Positions 1 through 16,500 of a stretch of 64,000 nucleotides of DNA are shown here, piece after piece. The position numbers and the translations under genes were made by a program. The stretch is from NCBI GenBank assembly GCA_048128005.1, contig JBEUKZ010000006.1:310001-374000 (forward strand). Direction: 5' to 3'. Positions within the stretch are counted from its first letter, which is position 1. Each line of letters starts with the position of its first letter. The notes below the pieces were generated by a model. That model was not told the DNA's origin. It saw only the letters and a list, made by a program, of their open reading frames with translations, and ran no database searches. This stretch comes from Veleropilina oligotropha. Lineage: Eukaryota.

Positions 1-708
1 TTATTATGAGTCATTTTTCACGCGTTACTGTTGCCACGTTGGACAAGTTATGATGTAATATGGGGCAAGTTAAGTGTAAAGGGTAGTTAAGTTAAGTGGG
101 TGAATCCAAAGCGTGCTATGCTAGTCAATTGGCTTAGAAGAGGGTGTGGCCCGTGTGAAAATATACGATTTAAAGACTATTGCGCGTTTTGTATGCCAGT
201 CCCGCACTAGCCCTAGGCTAGAAAGCACGCCCGGGCAGGGCTCATTTTGTGTAGCATAGAAATTGTATCCGATGTAATTTGTACCATGTTGTAAACTATA
301 TAAATGAATTGTCAAGAATCTACTTCTGACTTTGTGATCCAGTAGAAAGATGAAAACTCAACGACTCCAACGGATAGCGTCTTGTCACGGGGATGTTATC
401 TTATACCATCGCATTCCAGCATGGATAACACAACGGTCCTTTATAAATGTTGGAATGACCAGCGTCGGCTGAGTCGATCAAGAGACAGTGGCAGATATTA
501 GACGTAAAACTAGACCATTAGCCTTCCACCATTGTTCTCCGGACATATAGAAACCCATTGCAGACTATAGAACAAATAATCCCCCATTAACACTGTAACG
601 CAGTGACGGGCATTCCGCCGGTTATCGAAGTCCGAACTGGCAGCACTAAACGGCCCGCAGCGTAACAAGTATAGCCACCATTCTCACATGTATGTAGGTA
701 AAATGTGA

Positions 709-4048
<3,340 letters not shown>

Positions 4049-6701
4049 CCCTTGCCTAGCCCTTCTCTTTGTACAGTGATTGTAGTAATTATATGTAGCG
4101 CTCCAGAGACTCATTTCACCCTCGACAATGAGCATTTTGTGTCCAGTGTTGCCTTTGTGTGCATCTGTGTCTGCTTTTCTCTCATCAACATTCATCATCC
4201 ATTCAACGCTAACTTTCATACTTAATTTAAAGTAGCAAGACTTACTTCCTGTTTTAAAATTATGCCTCAACTATAATTATCATACAAGCCTTGTAATTTG
4301 TAAGGGTATCGATACTTTTGCCGATTTCACAGCACATCTTTTATTGATTCTCATAAAGAATGTAACATGTTATAGTCACGATTAAACGTGCATATAATAC
4401 TGCATTTCCTTACAAATAAATGTGTAAAAATATTTTTGATTCAATATATTCTGAAAGATATTTTCTTTTACGTATAATAAATATTTCTCTTGACAATTGA
4501 GCAATTTAGTTTTTGCTCCGGCTTTCATTAACATGGGTATTCTTTATATTGGATACCAAGCTTAATGGAGATGAGTAGATGTGTACAACTCCATATCGAT
4601 GTTCAGTGATCACATTAATATTATATTAACACAAACATGACCTGCTGAGGTGCTCAGCAAAAACACAATGTTTGCTTAGTCTCCATGTGACACAGATTTA
4701 AATTAATCCAGAATTAACAGTTCATGACACATTTTGTATCCAGGATTGGGGTTTGGTATTTAATTCATGGTGAATGATGTCTAATTGGAGCTATGTGTAA
4801 TGTATGTAGAATTTTTAAATATATCTAATATTTTCTGTATATAAACCTATGACTGTAGATAAGAATGCATCCAAGGGATTGTTTCATACAGAACTTTTTC
4901 ATGTGTTTTTATTTGAAGGCATATCATTTATTTTATTAAATGCATTTTTTCACTCACACTACATACTATGTACAGTATAAAAGCCTGAGATACAATTAAT
5001 GTTGTCTTTAACTTAAATTTAACTATTTTGAAATATTGCATCAAACCACACTTTGTGCTTGGAAATATACATTGAGAATGTTGCTTGAGATATGCTATTA
5101 ATTGTTAATTGCATAATCATTCTCCAGGATATTTCATTTTACACCCGAGTTAAATTTCCATTGATTTAAACCGTTTATAAATAAATACCTTGTGATTCAT
5201 GTATTACGGAATGTTTTAATCAAGTTTCCCTTATAATTTTCTAAGGATTCCATTACAATATATATATGCAACCCTGATTTTGACATCATACCGGTTGCAA
5301 GATACAGGTTTGTTTCACGCCAAACTTTTATATACCGGTTATTTTCTATGCAAAGATTTTATTGTAATAAATCAGTGTGAAATTATTACTAGTTAACCTA
5401 TGCCTATTAAGGGCTGCACGATTTACCCAATCCACCAAAATCTATATTTAAAATGTCTAAATATAATATATTATACCTGTCCGATACAAGTTTGATTTGC
5501 CAAAACAGCACCTGAAGTACTCACCAATCATACTAAAAAAAGCTGCATTGATTCCCATATAATACTTATTCTCAGAGCCCAAATTGGAAAAATGGAGCTT
5601 TGGAAAAGGCTCTAAATCGGACAGTCGAAAAAGAGTTCATATCTCATGGTCGACATGGATTATTCTAACGTTTAAAAATAATAGAAGGGATTGCTTCAAA
5701 ACCTGTTTTCTTTCCTTTGAAGGGAGATGTTAAGTTTCGACTACAGACATGATTGAAAAATTGTTAAAATGTTGTCAAAACTGTCTAAACTGAATCAATT
5801 AGAATCAGAGCCTATAATATTTGCGAATCCAATATTTTCAGATCACTGCAATCTGTTTATCAGGATGATGTCATGGCCTCGATTTCGTGAAATCATTACT
5901 ACACACTGACAGTCAACAAAACAAATTGCATCTAAGAAAAATGTCTACTCAAAAAACTATGTTTTGTAATTTTAAGTATGGATTTTGGCATATTGGTTAA
6001 ATTGTGCTGCTCTTATAATGTGTAAATCGTATCTAATGTATATGATATTAGATAAGTGAGTTAATTTTATTGGTTGTTGTGCTGTAGCTTAAATCTACAT
6101 TTGTTTTGATTAATCATATTTATTTACCAACACATAGAATATGCAAACATTTTATGATACGATGAATTGTGGGCTTTGATGTTTCTGTACTGTATTCTTG
6201 CATTTGAAAGTATCCTCATCTGTAATTTTCATGCTTTGTTGGGAACTAAGACAAGAAATGTATTTCAATTATAATAGGGCAGGCAAACAAAGTGAAATAT
6301 ATGAAATTCTTGCAGTTTTCATTTATGAATTATTTTTGAATTAAGACAAAAAGTAAATTGTGTGTTCTCAATTATTTTTCATTCTTTAAAATCCATGGAC
6401 CATTGGTGCAACATATTTTCCAACTCTGTGACAATACTTCTTCTGTTAATATGTCATGACATATACAGGTTTTGGTGACATAATTTAATTAGTTCAAGTA
6501 TATTATGTTGGCTATGTTCAGCATTGTATCAATATTTTCTTATGTTTAAAGCAGTAATTCATGAATGCTTTGCAATGTAATTAAGATAATATTGTTAACA
6601 TCACTAGTTTTAATCTTCAATATGTAATTTAGTAATTAGACGGTATTTATTAAATTCAATTATTTACATTGTACAGGTACCGTATCATGCCAACATTACT
6701 A

Positions 6702-6707
6702 AATAAA
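6702..6707 (+). terminator. Candidate distal polyadenylation signal of the PP1 3' UTR
   Basis: AATAAA followed by a T/GT-rich tract at the end of a ~2.6-kb repeat-poor AT-rich stretch after the stop. Other AATAAA hexamers occur earlier, so usage is unproven. Confidence 0.3.
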
Positions 6708-8266
6708 CATTTTGTTATTTCTTTTACATTTTGTGTATTTATTCGTATGTTTCAAAAGAAGAATTGCATGTGTGAAATGGAGCACTGGGTCTACTAGAAA
6801 ATAAATGGTCTTCTCCATCGTGATGGTCATTAGTGAGGGCCTGTGTGTCTGTGAGTGTATTATCCATCCAAATTCCGTGCATCATTTTGTATTCCTTTGC
6901 GTCTCATCACCTCGAAATGGTTTGGCTGGCCGTATCTGATCTTACAACAGTTTTCACATAATTTTTGACAATGAGAAATATAATTTGTGAACAGTGTATC
7001 GCCAGGCCGTTATCGTATATGCAACTAAACTTTTAACTATTTCACACCATAAAGCGATAAATATTGACTTTACAGTATGTCGTCCACATCCATTAATAGT
7101 TAATAATGCTGTCAACAGAGATCGCTTCAGTTGTCTCTTGCCAAGTTATGGGAATCGCCTTGTCGTCGCCATTTGCACATTGAGTGGTGTTGTGAAGAAA
7201 GAGGTATCAATCATCAGAAACATGGTGCTGAAAGAGTTAAGCAACATGTATTAGTTGCAACAGGTGTCATGAATGACCTGTGGCTACTCCATTTATGGTG
7301 TGTCTGCTGACAATATTCTTGTTCAAGCTAAACTCAATTCAGTGTCGTAATCAATTGTGCGCTATCATCCAGTTTTGCTGGGGCGGATTACTACATGACA
7401 ACAGTTCTAGCCCACCTATTGAACCCCTTTATGCTGGTACAAACCATAGGCTGTCATAAGCCATAATATGGATTTGTACATTCCAAGTTGGTTTGTACAG
7501 TGTGATTAACACAGTGACCGTCCATTCATAAACAAGATTTTCTAATGATCTTTGAGTTACAAATAAGTCTGCCAAAACTGTCCTTCCTTGTATCTGAACT
7601 ATCTGGCATGATAAGCCCAACCATTAATGACTTCATGTAAGCACTAGCCAGCATTATATTTATATAAATTGTTTTATTCCTAGTTGTAAAGGTCAAATCA
7701 TGGTTGGCCGCACCAGTAGCTGGTTGGGTAATAGCGTGACGTCTCAACTCAATTTACTTCTCTGTCTAACAGGAGTGGGTTTCGAATGCTCGACTGGCCA
7801 ATATGCTCAGTTAAAATTCACAGCTGAGGGTGAAGCATCGATTCAAACCAAATCATGGTTAATGTACTGATTCTTGACAGAACACTGAAGTTGAGCTCAT
7901 CAGTACTCAAAATCTCAGATGGGTACCACGTAATATGTTAGGAAAACTGATTGGGTGCCATGACCCCAACAGCAATATATGACTGAATAATAACAGTTGT
8001 CATCAAATATTCAACAAAAAACTCACTCAAATACTGTGCACTCCAAAATATAACTGCAATAATGTATCAACTTGACTATTGAGACGACCTAGTCTTGTCA
8101 AATTCCAGACACGCCTAATCAAATATGACGAACATTGGATTATTCTTGACAAAGGTTGAACATTGAACAAACACCAGATTCGATCTCATCATCTTTGTAT
8201 TTGAACCAGTATCTTAACCGAGTTAGACAGTTATAACTGTCTTCAGGACCAGTAGAGCTACTATAA

Positions 8267-9385
8267 TTACCCTCGCCTCCGGAAGAGAGGCGAGGGTATT
8301 GCAATCTGCTCCGTATGTCTGTATGTATGTTACATATTGTATGTATGTATGTTCATTCGCATAATTCGAAAACTATTGATCCGATTTACATGAAATTTTT
8401 ACACAAGGTAGGATTTCTCTCTGGCTCTATCCTCCTCGAAGATAGTCCAGATTGTGATCCGGGTTCTGATTTTATGATGCAATATCCGGTTTACAGGTTT
8501 TCGGCTGTAGTGTTAAAACTCTTCATCGTACAAACTTCAAAATAGGCTCAAAATGTTCTTTAGATCAGGGTCCAATGACAATTATATATAATCTATCTCA
8601 CACAAGATGGCTGCCAGGGAGATTTAAAATTTAAAAAATAGGGTGTTAATTTCTAATTTCGCCACATCGAATTAAATTATGTAAATTCGTTATGCAAATC
8701 ATAGTCATGATGAAATTATATTGATATCAGCAAAAATATTTAGAAAATAATGTGAAATGTGAACTTTATAAGCATTTTAGAAATCAACCAATGCAAATCT
8801 GTAACCACTGAAACCAGACACCTCAAATTTTACCAAGTGACAGAGTTGGACATTATCTACTACTCTTATCGATATACTTTATGTGTTTGAGCGAATTTGT
8901 ATCAATAATTTTTGTTCCGAAGTCAAAATCGTCGAGACGTTGCGATATTTGTGATAGCTCTTTAAATACTGCTAACGCCGTGATATAATTTACACCATTA
9001 AGCAAGGCTACCGTAATCTACCTTTCTTGAAAATTTCAGGTATATCGCTTTAGTAACTACTAGTTATTGCGAGTCAAGTATTGTCAACTTCGGTAAAATT
9101 TGCAAATACAAAAATCTAACACCAAATAAGCCATAATAATTAGACTCTGATAGCGCAAACGATTAAGGCGTTGGCGAGAGATGTAGAAGTCAGGGGTTCG
9201 ACTCCCGTTACCTTCAAAATATTTTTATTTAAATTTTGTTATTCCTTATTTTTTTATAATTTGTGATTACATTTTATGATTGTAATTCATGTTTAGAAAT
9301 ATTGATCATAGACATTTCTGACTTTCACCATCATCTTCCTTGGCCCTGTGGCGAGGGTTTGCAATCTCCTCTGATTGCTCTTGTT
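8267..9385 (+). mobile_element. Non-autonomous Helentron/DINE-1-like element (family B)
   Basis: 5' subterminal repeat ttaccctcgcc with nearby inverted ggcgagggta, (gtat)n microsatellite, 3' ggcgagggtt plus stem-loop gcaatc-tcctct-gattgc, ending tcttgtt. A second, interrupted copy is on the - strand at 56805-60706. Confidence 0.75.
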
Positions 9386-9466
9386 TATATTTGTACTATA
9401 GTTGTTGCTGGTTTCATTGTACAATATAGAGACCCATGCATTTATGCTGATCTGATCAAATGATTG

Positions 9467-9696
9467 GCGTCATCGGCGGGTGAGTGGTTAGCGTGCCAGA
9501 CTCACAACCGAAGCTGTTAGTTGGTCCCGTGTTCGAGGCCAGCAGCGGTCCGTTCTACCGCTTAAAATAATAGAAGGTATATCCCTAATGCATGTCGGTC
9601 AGATTGAAGCGAGACCTTGAACCAGGTGTCCCGACTAGATACAGCTGAAAAATTTCCAAAAGTGGACATAAAAACATTGTTGCCAACCAACCAATC
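9467..9696 (+). mobile_element. tRNA-derived SINE with a Meta/MESC-like core
   Basis: A-box-like ggcgggtgagtggttagcg, B-box gttcgaggcc, core atgtcggtc..gagaccttgaaccaggtgtcccg, (ccaa)n tail. Confidence 0.55.
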
Positions 9697-9778
9697 AGAT
9701 GATGGGTAATATTTCAAATTTACAAATCAAGTAAAATTCAGAATCGCTGATAAAAACTTTAATTTAAGTAATACAACG

Positions 9779-10037
9779 AGGAGGAGGGGGAATTATGCTT
9801 AATGTCCTGTATATTTACAACATCGAGGTTCAAGGCAGGACATGTCCGTGTTATCGCGGGAGAAAACCCCAGTCGCCCGGGTAAACCCACCCTCTTCGGC
9901 CAGTCACGGACAACTGTGATTCATAACTTGAACAAATTTCAATGCCTCAGCCAGGTATTGAACCCACTACTGTTTGCATTAGCGGAATCAAGCCAGTGAA
10001 TTATAGAGTGGACACTCTACCCACTGCCGAAGCAGCC
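9779..10037 (-). mobile_element. tRNA-derived SINE with a V-SINE-like core
   Basis: Nearly identical to 37185-37447. On the minus strand it has A/B boxes (ggcagtgggtagag; gggttcaatacc) and a gggtttacccgggcgactggggttttctccc core. Older copies lie near 12310-12470(+), 18105-18330(+), 32080-32270(-), 40715-40880(-), 41197-41442(-) and 52440-52640(-). Confidence 0.8.
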
Positions 10038-10280
10038 TAATACAAAGATGTCTCTTAGAGTTTCCTTTGTAATAAATAAGTATGTTCTAATGATTATATC
10101 ACTTTGATTATAATTTGTCTTTTTATTATGTAATAATAAATAAATTAATGATGTTTAATTATTATTATTATAGGTACAGTTAAATATTAAATAATAACTA
10201 TTAAAATTACATAAATTAATGATAAGGAACTTTTCAATCTGAAAATTGCATAATATATTGCATTCCCAGGTAGAGAGATC

Positions 10281-10433
10281 TTGCGCAATCAGGAGTCTTT
10301 CATTAGAATACTTACAAGCTAAATGACAGAACTCTTTATTCACGTCTATTTATAGACATCAACATTCCCCAGACGATAATATTGTTGACGTCATAATTAT
10401 TTATTTACATCCGGGTTATCGCAGCTGATGCAA
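10281..10433 (+). promoter_or_regulatory. Putative GTPBP2 promoter-proximal bZIP site cluster
   Basis: TTGCGCAAT (C/EBP, 10281), TGACGTCA (CRE, 10386-10393) and TGATGCAA (C/EBP-ATF/ATF4 type, 10426-10433), with an overlapping CAAGATGGC YY1-like motif, 140-290 nt upstream of the ATG. Confidence 0.45.
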
Positions 10434-10572
10434 GATGGCAGAATATACATGAAACCAGCAAGCAGATGACGTTTGCTTGAGGCGAATATGATTTAGACAC
10501 ATTTTCCAATGTCGGGCGTACGAAAGAAACATATATGATAATCAGGATATAGATCAGCGCAAATTTCGCGAG

Positions 10573-13500
10573 ATGGACGCAGCAAAGAGACTTACGGGAG
10601 AGCTGCCGGCTAGTCTTCCACCAGAAGTAAGCAAAACCGCGCAGATTTTTCACAAAGCGCTAAAAGACGGCACAATATTTTATTTATTTTGATCTATCTT
10701 AAAAGTCGAAAACGATGTATATATATTAAATTTGTTCAATAGTACGTAATTGCCCTGTTGTATGCGCAAACCTTTTGTGTTGATACATTACAATTACAAT
10801 ACAATATTGCATCGATATTTAAGCCTAATTTGTTAGAGTAAATTATGCAACGTACGGGTGATCTCCCCTTAATTATGGTATGAAAAGTAACAAGTCAGAA
10901 GCACTCAAAATGAAATTGTACAAGTTGAGATTTATGTTTGCTTAATATTGCATGTATAAAGCGCAAACTCAAACAGGTTCAGACTGTTCTTCGTTCGTTT
11001 TGGGTAATGCCACTAGTACTGTTTGGTATAAGCTGAAGAAAATTATGTTGGTCAAAATTAATGTGCCAATCTGAAAATAGACAGTGAGTCACCCATCATA
11101 CCAGAGACCGAACACATGCATTTCAATTTTCTGCTTTGCTTGCTATGGCATATGAGATCTCAATATAATGAAGATAACCTTATCTGTCAGACCTAATTGT
11201 CATTTCAATATAAAGACGGTGTTTTCAATGATCATTGTTCATTTAAATGTGTTTTGTTTGTGTAATTGGGTTAACCACTCTGCCATGCCATACTGATGGT
11301 TTCTTGTGACTAAATTTTTCTTCGTCTCCTCCGACAGCAAGACAATTTCAGTATAAGTTTACAATACTATAACTCTCACAGTTGTCTCAGATCAGACAAC
11401 TAGATCATTCTTGATAGATCCCATTTTAAGCTCAATCCTGAAAGCGATGCTATAAATAAGTCTATTCAAAGTCATCAAGTAGTGTGAAACAATAGCCAAT
11501 TACGTATGTCAACATTGAGGCATATGTAACAGTATGTGGTAGACAATTTGAACCATGGTCTGTGATAGGCTGACGTGATGTGTGTTTGCTCAGAAGTTTG
11601 CAGGGGCATGTGACCTACGCCACAGCCATTCTGCATCGTTAGCATACTGACAGCTGGTTACCCTGTACATGTTGTAACCATGCGTAAAGTTCACTGTGAT
11701 AATGTGCGTACAACAAAGTATGAAGATGATAATTAGGTTCAACCGGTGGTTGATTCTTTGAATTGATGTCTTATCTGAAATATATAGGCTATTGGCATAT
11801 AATATATATGATAATTAAGCATACATAATTTATTATTAATAATATAACATGACCTGTCACCATAATAACAATTATTTAATTACATTAAAAAGTAATTTTA
11901 TGAAAATATAATAAATTTAATCATTGTAATTTTTATGTATTTAATGTTACATTCTTGAACATATTAAGACATGTTTATTGTTCATATTATAAAGGCTTTA
12001 AAAGCCTTGTTTATGGGCTTAAACCATGGCTATTTTTACGCGATCATCGACTCATGAACATGCACATGCACAAAGATGTTGAGAATTACACTCAGTAAAC
12101 ACGGTGACACAGGGATAGCTCAAGTTTAAACTATGGAACATAATACGCTTTGAACAAGGGTTTTTTCCAGTTTATTGTTAGCAAGTAATGATTCCATTGA
12201 TCAGTTGGCAATATAGCATTGCTTTCACTTAGGTTTGTGAATTTTATAATTTGTCATGCTTGATAGCTAGGCTTGGAACTGTTACATAAAATGTTATGTA
12301 ATAAAATGGATGAGTGCGTGATTTCTAATTCACTCTTGACTGCTCTGATTAACAGGAGTAGGATTAATCCTCGGCTGGGCACTTTGTAACTGGACGTGTG
12401 GTGACGGTGGGTTTCCGGATGACCTGGTTTTCCTTCCACGATAATATGGATGTCGTCGTGTCGTAGTATAACCAACCCTAAAGGAAGTGAAAAGTGTGAC
12501 ACAATAAACAGTTACATCCATCCAAATCAAACAGAACCGTACTCGATACGATGAGTATGGTCATAATAAGAATCATTAATAAATAATACAACCCTTCACT
12601 AATATATTACTAGTTAATTTAAATACATTAAATAGGAACTTCACTTAATATATGTATTTAATCATAACCTGTCAATACCACTTCAAGGAAACTGCCACTT
12701 TGTAAATTTACAGCCATTCCTAGCTCGACACATCAATTTGTATGCATGGATCGATCTTAAAGCTTCCTGAAACATTTTACGTTAACAGGATTTAAGCTCA
12801 CTGACACATTTGCCAAATCAGAAAAAAACAAAACAGATTTGGCTTTTATTCTTCATTATCATTTAGTACAAAAATCTGAACTTTTATTCTTCAATTTATA
12901 TTAAATTACCGAAATGTGATGTAAATGGATTGGTTGAGAAAGGCATTATTTATTTTATTTGGCCAAATTGTTTAGATATTTGGGTGAATTGCCAAATCGC
13001 TAAGCACAGTTTTCAGTCAGCTTTAAAGAAACAGAGTCCAATCAGGAAACCATTTTATACATTTAATGACTTTTGAATGCTTTTCATATACATGTACTGT
13101 AAATCAAGAAAATTTCACGAGCAATTAAAGTTCGCGTATTTCGCGTGTCGCTCAATACACGAAATTAAAAATCTCGCAAGATTATGTCACTATTATACGA
13201 AATATTATCAGATTGATAAGTATACTATCTTTAACACACAAACCAAAAGGTAAAATTCAGCATATATTTAATGTAATTAAAGTGTAATTCGCCTCAAAAT
13301 ATATATAGTAGTATGTGATATAGATACCCTACATCAAATGGAACAAAATGCAGCTTTAGTAAGCAAGGAAATTTAAAATTTTAATCCGATATAGCGATTT
13401 CCTTGCTGGTCGCCATTGCTAAAGTACCCGGATGGACCATAAGTTGATCTGTTGGTTTATCATTGTCGTAAATTTGCGATTACGAAACAAATGTTACTTA

Positions 13501-16500
13501 TGCGAATAAATACTAATACTACATGTACTAGTAAACACTAGAAGTATTAATCCTATTTCGGCCTATGCAATGACTAACCAAAGTTGTGTACAAATAACAT
13601 TTACATTAGAAACATTTATGTAGTCCCAAAATATATTGCCAGTCTGCATTTCCGTCAATCGATAGGTTTCTTTATGCTACACGTGCTATTGTCTAATTAA
13701 TTAATCCTATCAGTCCGCATCTATACCTTAATCCCGTCACATGTAAAAGAGCATCTACTAGTTTGTTGAGTTACTTGTTTCTGTCGTTAATTGATTTGGC
13801 AATGTGTTGTGGTAGACAGTAATCTGATTCATGTGTGCAATTGAATGGGGACTCATCGAGTTGCCCGCACCTATTGTTTCCGGATATATATATGTGAATT
13901 GGTGCAGGCGATGCGTGTACAAATGTAACAATAGGAGATTAAGCTATAGCCTGACTCAGATAAGGTGGGTTTTCTAGTGGTAAAATATATGTTTAAAAAT
14001 ACAACTTCTCTTACTAGGATACGCGAAATTAAAGCTACGCGAATTGTTCACATAGTTAATATTCGCGAAATTAAGTATTCGCGAATATTAGTTGATTTAC
14101 AGTATTATATAATTACATATTATCTTGTTAAATGTTGTAAAGGTGCAAATTATGTGGCTATCTACAATTGAGATAAAAATACCGTAGCTTCCTTTCATCC
14201 CACAGTTATCAACCAAAATCTACAAGGAACTGATCATAGGTTATGCCCAAAATGTGGGTCGATTTTACAGCTAAACTTGTCTCTGAAATTATGCAATCAT
14301 TACTTTGGGGATAATACTGTCATTTTTTTTACCCGACCCATGGGCCTACCGCAACCCGCCATTTGTAAGGTGCCATCAAGTCATTCACATACATCTCCAT
14401 AATGACCTCAGCTGTTATAATACACACTCGAGTGAATATATTGATATAACGATGTAATGTTGGAGTCTGTTTGTTTTCAGAATGAAGAGGGCAATGTAGA
14501 ATACAAGGTAACGTACAGCATAGCCGCATAACTGCTAGAAAATATTACAAAGTTCCGTATTAGATCGTGTAGAGTCGGAGAAATAAGATAGGTGATAAAC
14601 AACATAAGTGTTATCAGAGGTTTTTATTGCGATTTGTAGATTTCTCTATCAATGCTGTTTTTTCCTTTATATTCATTGACTATTTTTTGTTTTCACATTT
14701 TTTAAAGGTACATACATAGTCATTAACCCCCCTCTGATGGGAATCCGACAGTATAGTATTTTTGATCGGTGTGTTTATTTAGTTTTTCAACTTGAAATCC
14801 ATTATACTAGTAACTACTTGTCTAGTATTCCATGACTTATTCCACTAGAAGACATGTTCTCATAATGACCATATGTCTGAACAAATCTTTATCCGCTTCT
14901 TGAAGCTATACTTGATCATCATTATAGTCGTGTTATTTATGTTATTGTTTGCAGCTGAAGCTGGTGAGCCCGTCGGAGTCGCGCTTCGAGCACCTGGTGA
15001 CACAGATGAAATGGAGGCTCCAGGAGGGGGACGGGGAGGCTATCTACGAGATCGGCGTGGAGGACAACGGCCTGTTGGTCGGGCTGACTCCGGACGAGCT
15101 CGAGGCCTCCATGCAGACCCTGAAGGACATGGCGACCAGGTGGGGCGCGGATAACGAACAAGAAATCACTGATAATTCATTATATGCTAAGTATATCATA
15201 ATACAAAAATGAAATGATTACGCTAAATTTGGGAAATATGAAATTGCGTCCTCAATAAATGATGACAGACATATTTTGACAGTGCAGCTCTGTCATGGTA
15301 GATTGATTTAACTGATATTTCGGATTCTACTTACATGATAATATGTACATGACAACAAAACCCAATTCAAATTGAATCATTATCTACAGTATGCGAAAGA
15401 GTATTAAATTCACAAAATACAACAGGCTGACGTTGGTTGTCCATAGGTAGTCCAAACAGATGGGTTTCATTGTGGTCCCGCAAGGGATCATCCAACATTA
15501 TATATTCCTGACTCTAGCTGCTCCCCAGGACAATAAACTGAAGTCCATCATGACATTGTGTACAAGATTTTCATTAATTAGCGTTTATTGCAGACTTGGA
15601 GCTTCCATTGCGACTCTTCGAGAGAAAATTGTTGTCGGCGAGGGAGACGATAGGAAGGCTCTGGAAATCCTGGTCCGTAAGGTGCCGGACGACCAGCAGG
15701 TATGATGCACATCGGATGTGGGTCTGCACTCGCCACCTGTAATATGTTTCCTTTGTAATTTCTTCAAGGAAATAGTATTTTACCAATGATTGAAACCTTC
15801 ACAAATATAGTTATTGTAAGACTCATGGGGAATAATCAATGCATAAATTATAATACAACTAGGAGAGATAATCCCACCCACCGCGTTACACAGAGAGATT
15901 AAAGATATATTATAATACAATTATGATCAGTTGCTTTTGAAATCTTTGCTGTCTAAATTGATTGCAAATAGTACCAAATGTGAGGTACTTCTCTGATTTG
16001 CATGTCAAGAGTTCTTGCATATCAAGCTGTCTAGTCACGCCTCGCAGGTTGTATAATACGATTGTTATTCCTTTCAGTTCATCGACCTCCGCCTGGCCGT
16101 GCTGGGTAACGTCGATGCTGGGAAGAGCACGCTCCTCGGTGTTCTCACTCAGGGAGAGCTGGACAACGGCAGAGGGAAGGCGCGGCTCAACCTCTTCCGC
16201 CACTTACACGAAATCCAGACTGGGAGGACATCGAGTATCAGCCATGAGATCCTGGGATTCAACAGCCGGGGCGAGGTCAGTAGTAACCATGGCAAGGTCA
16301 GTGGCAACTGCGGCTAGGTCAGTGGGAACCGTAGCAGGCTATTGGGTTCTCGATCATAAATGTCGAATTTTGGCAAATATTGACAGTAGTTTCTGATAGC
16401 ATGACCTGCGGCCGAATGATGTGGAACGTACCGGTTCTCGACCATGGGACGGTAGGAGGTGAGTTCGATTTTCATATCGGATTAACTTATTCTAATTCAT

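Noticed and set aside
1..667. Possible solo LTR in a PP1 intron ending ..cgtaaca
   Set aside because: No partner LTR, 5' end or TSD is visible within the window, so it cannot be supported.
9802..9999. Near-identical small ORFs (9802, 37203, related 41200) as a peptide family
   Set aside because: They are the antisense strand of dispersed SINE copies; one has a clear TSD.
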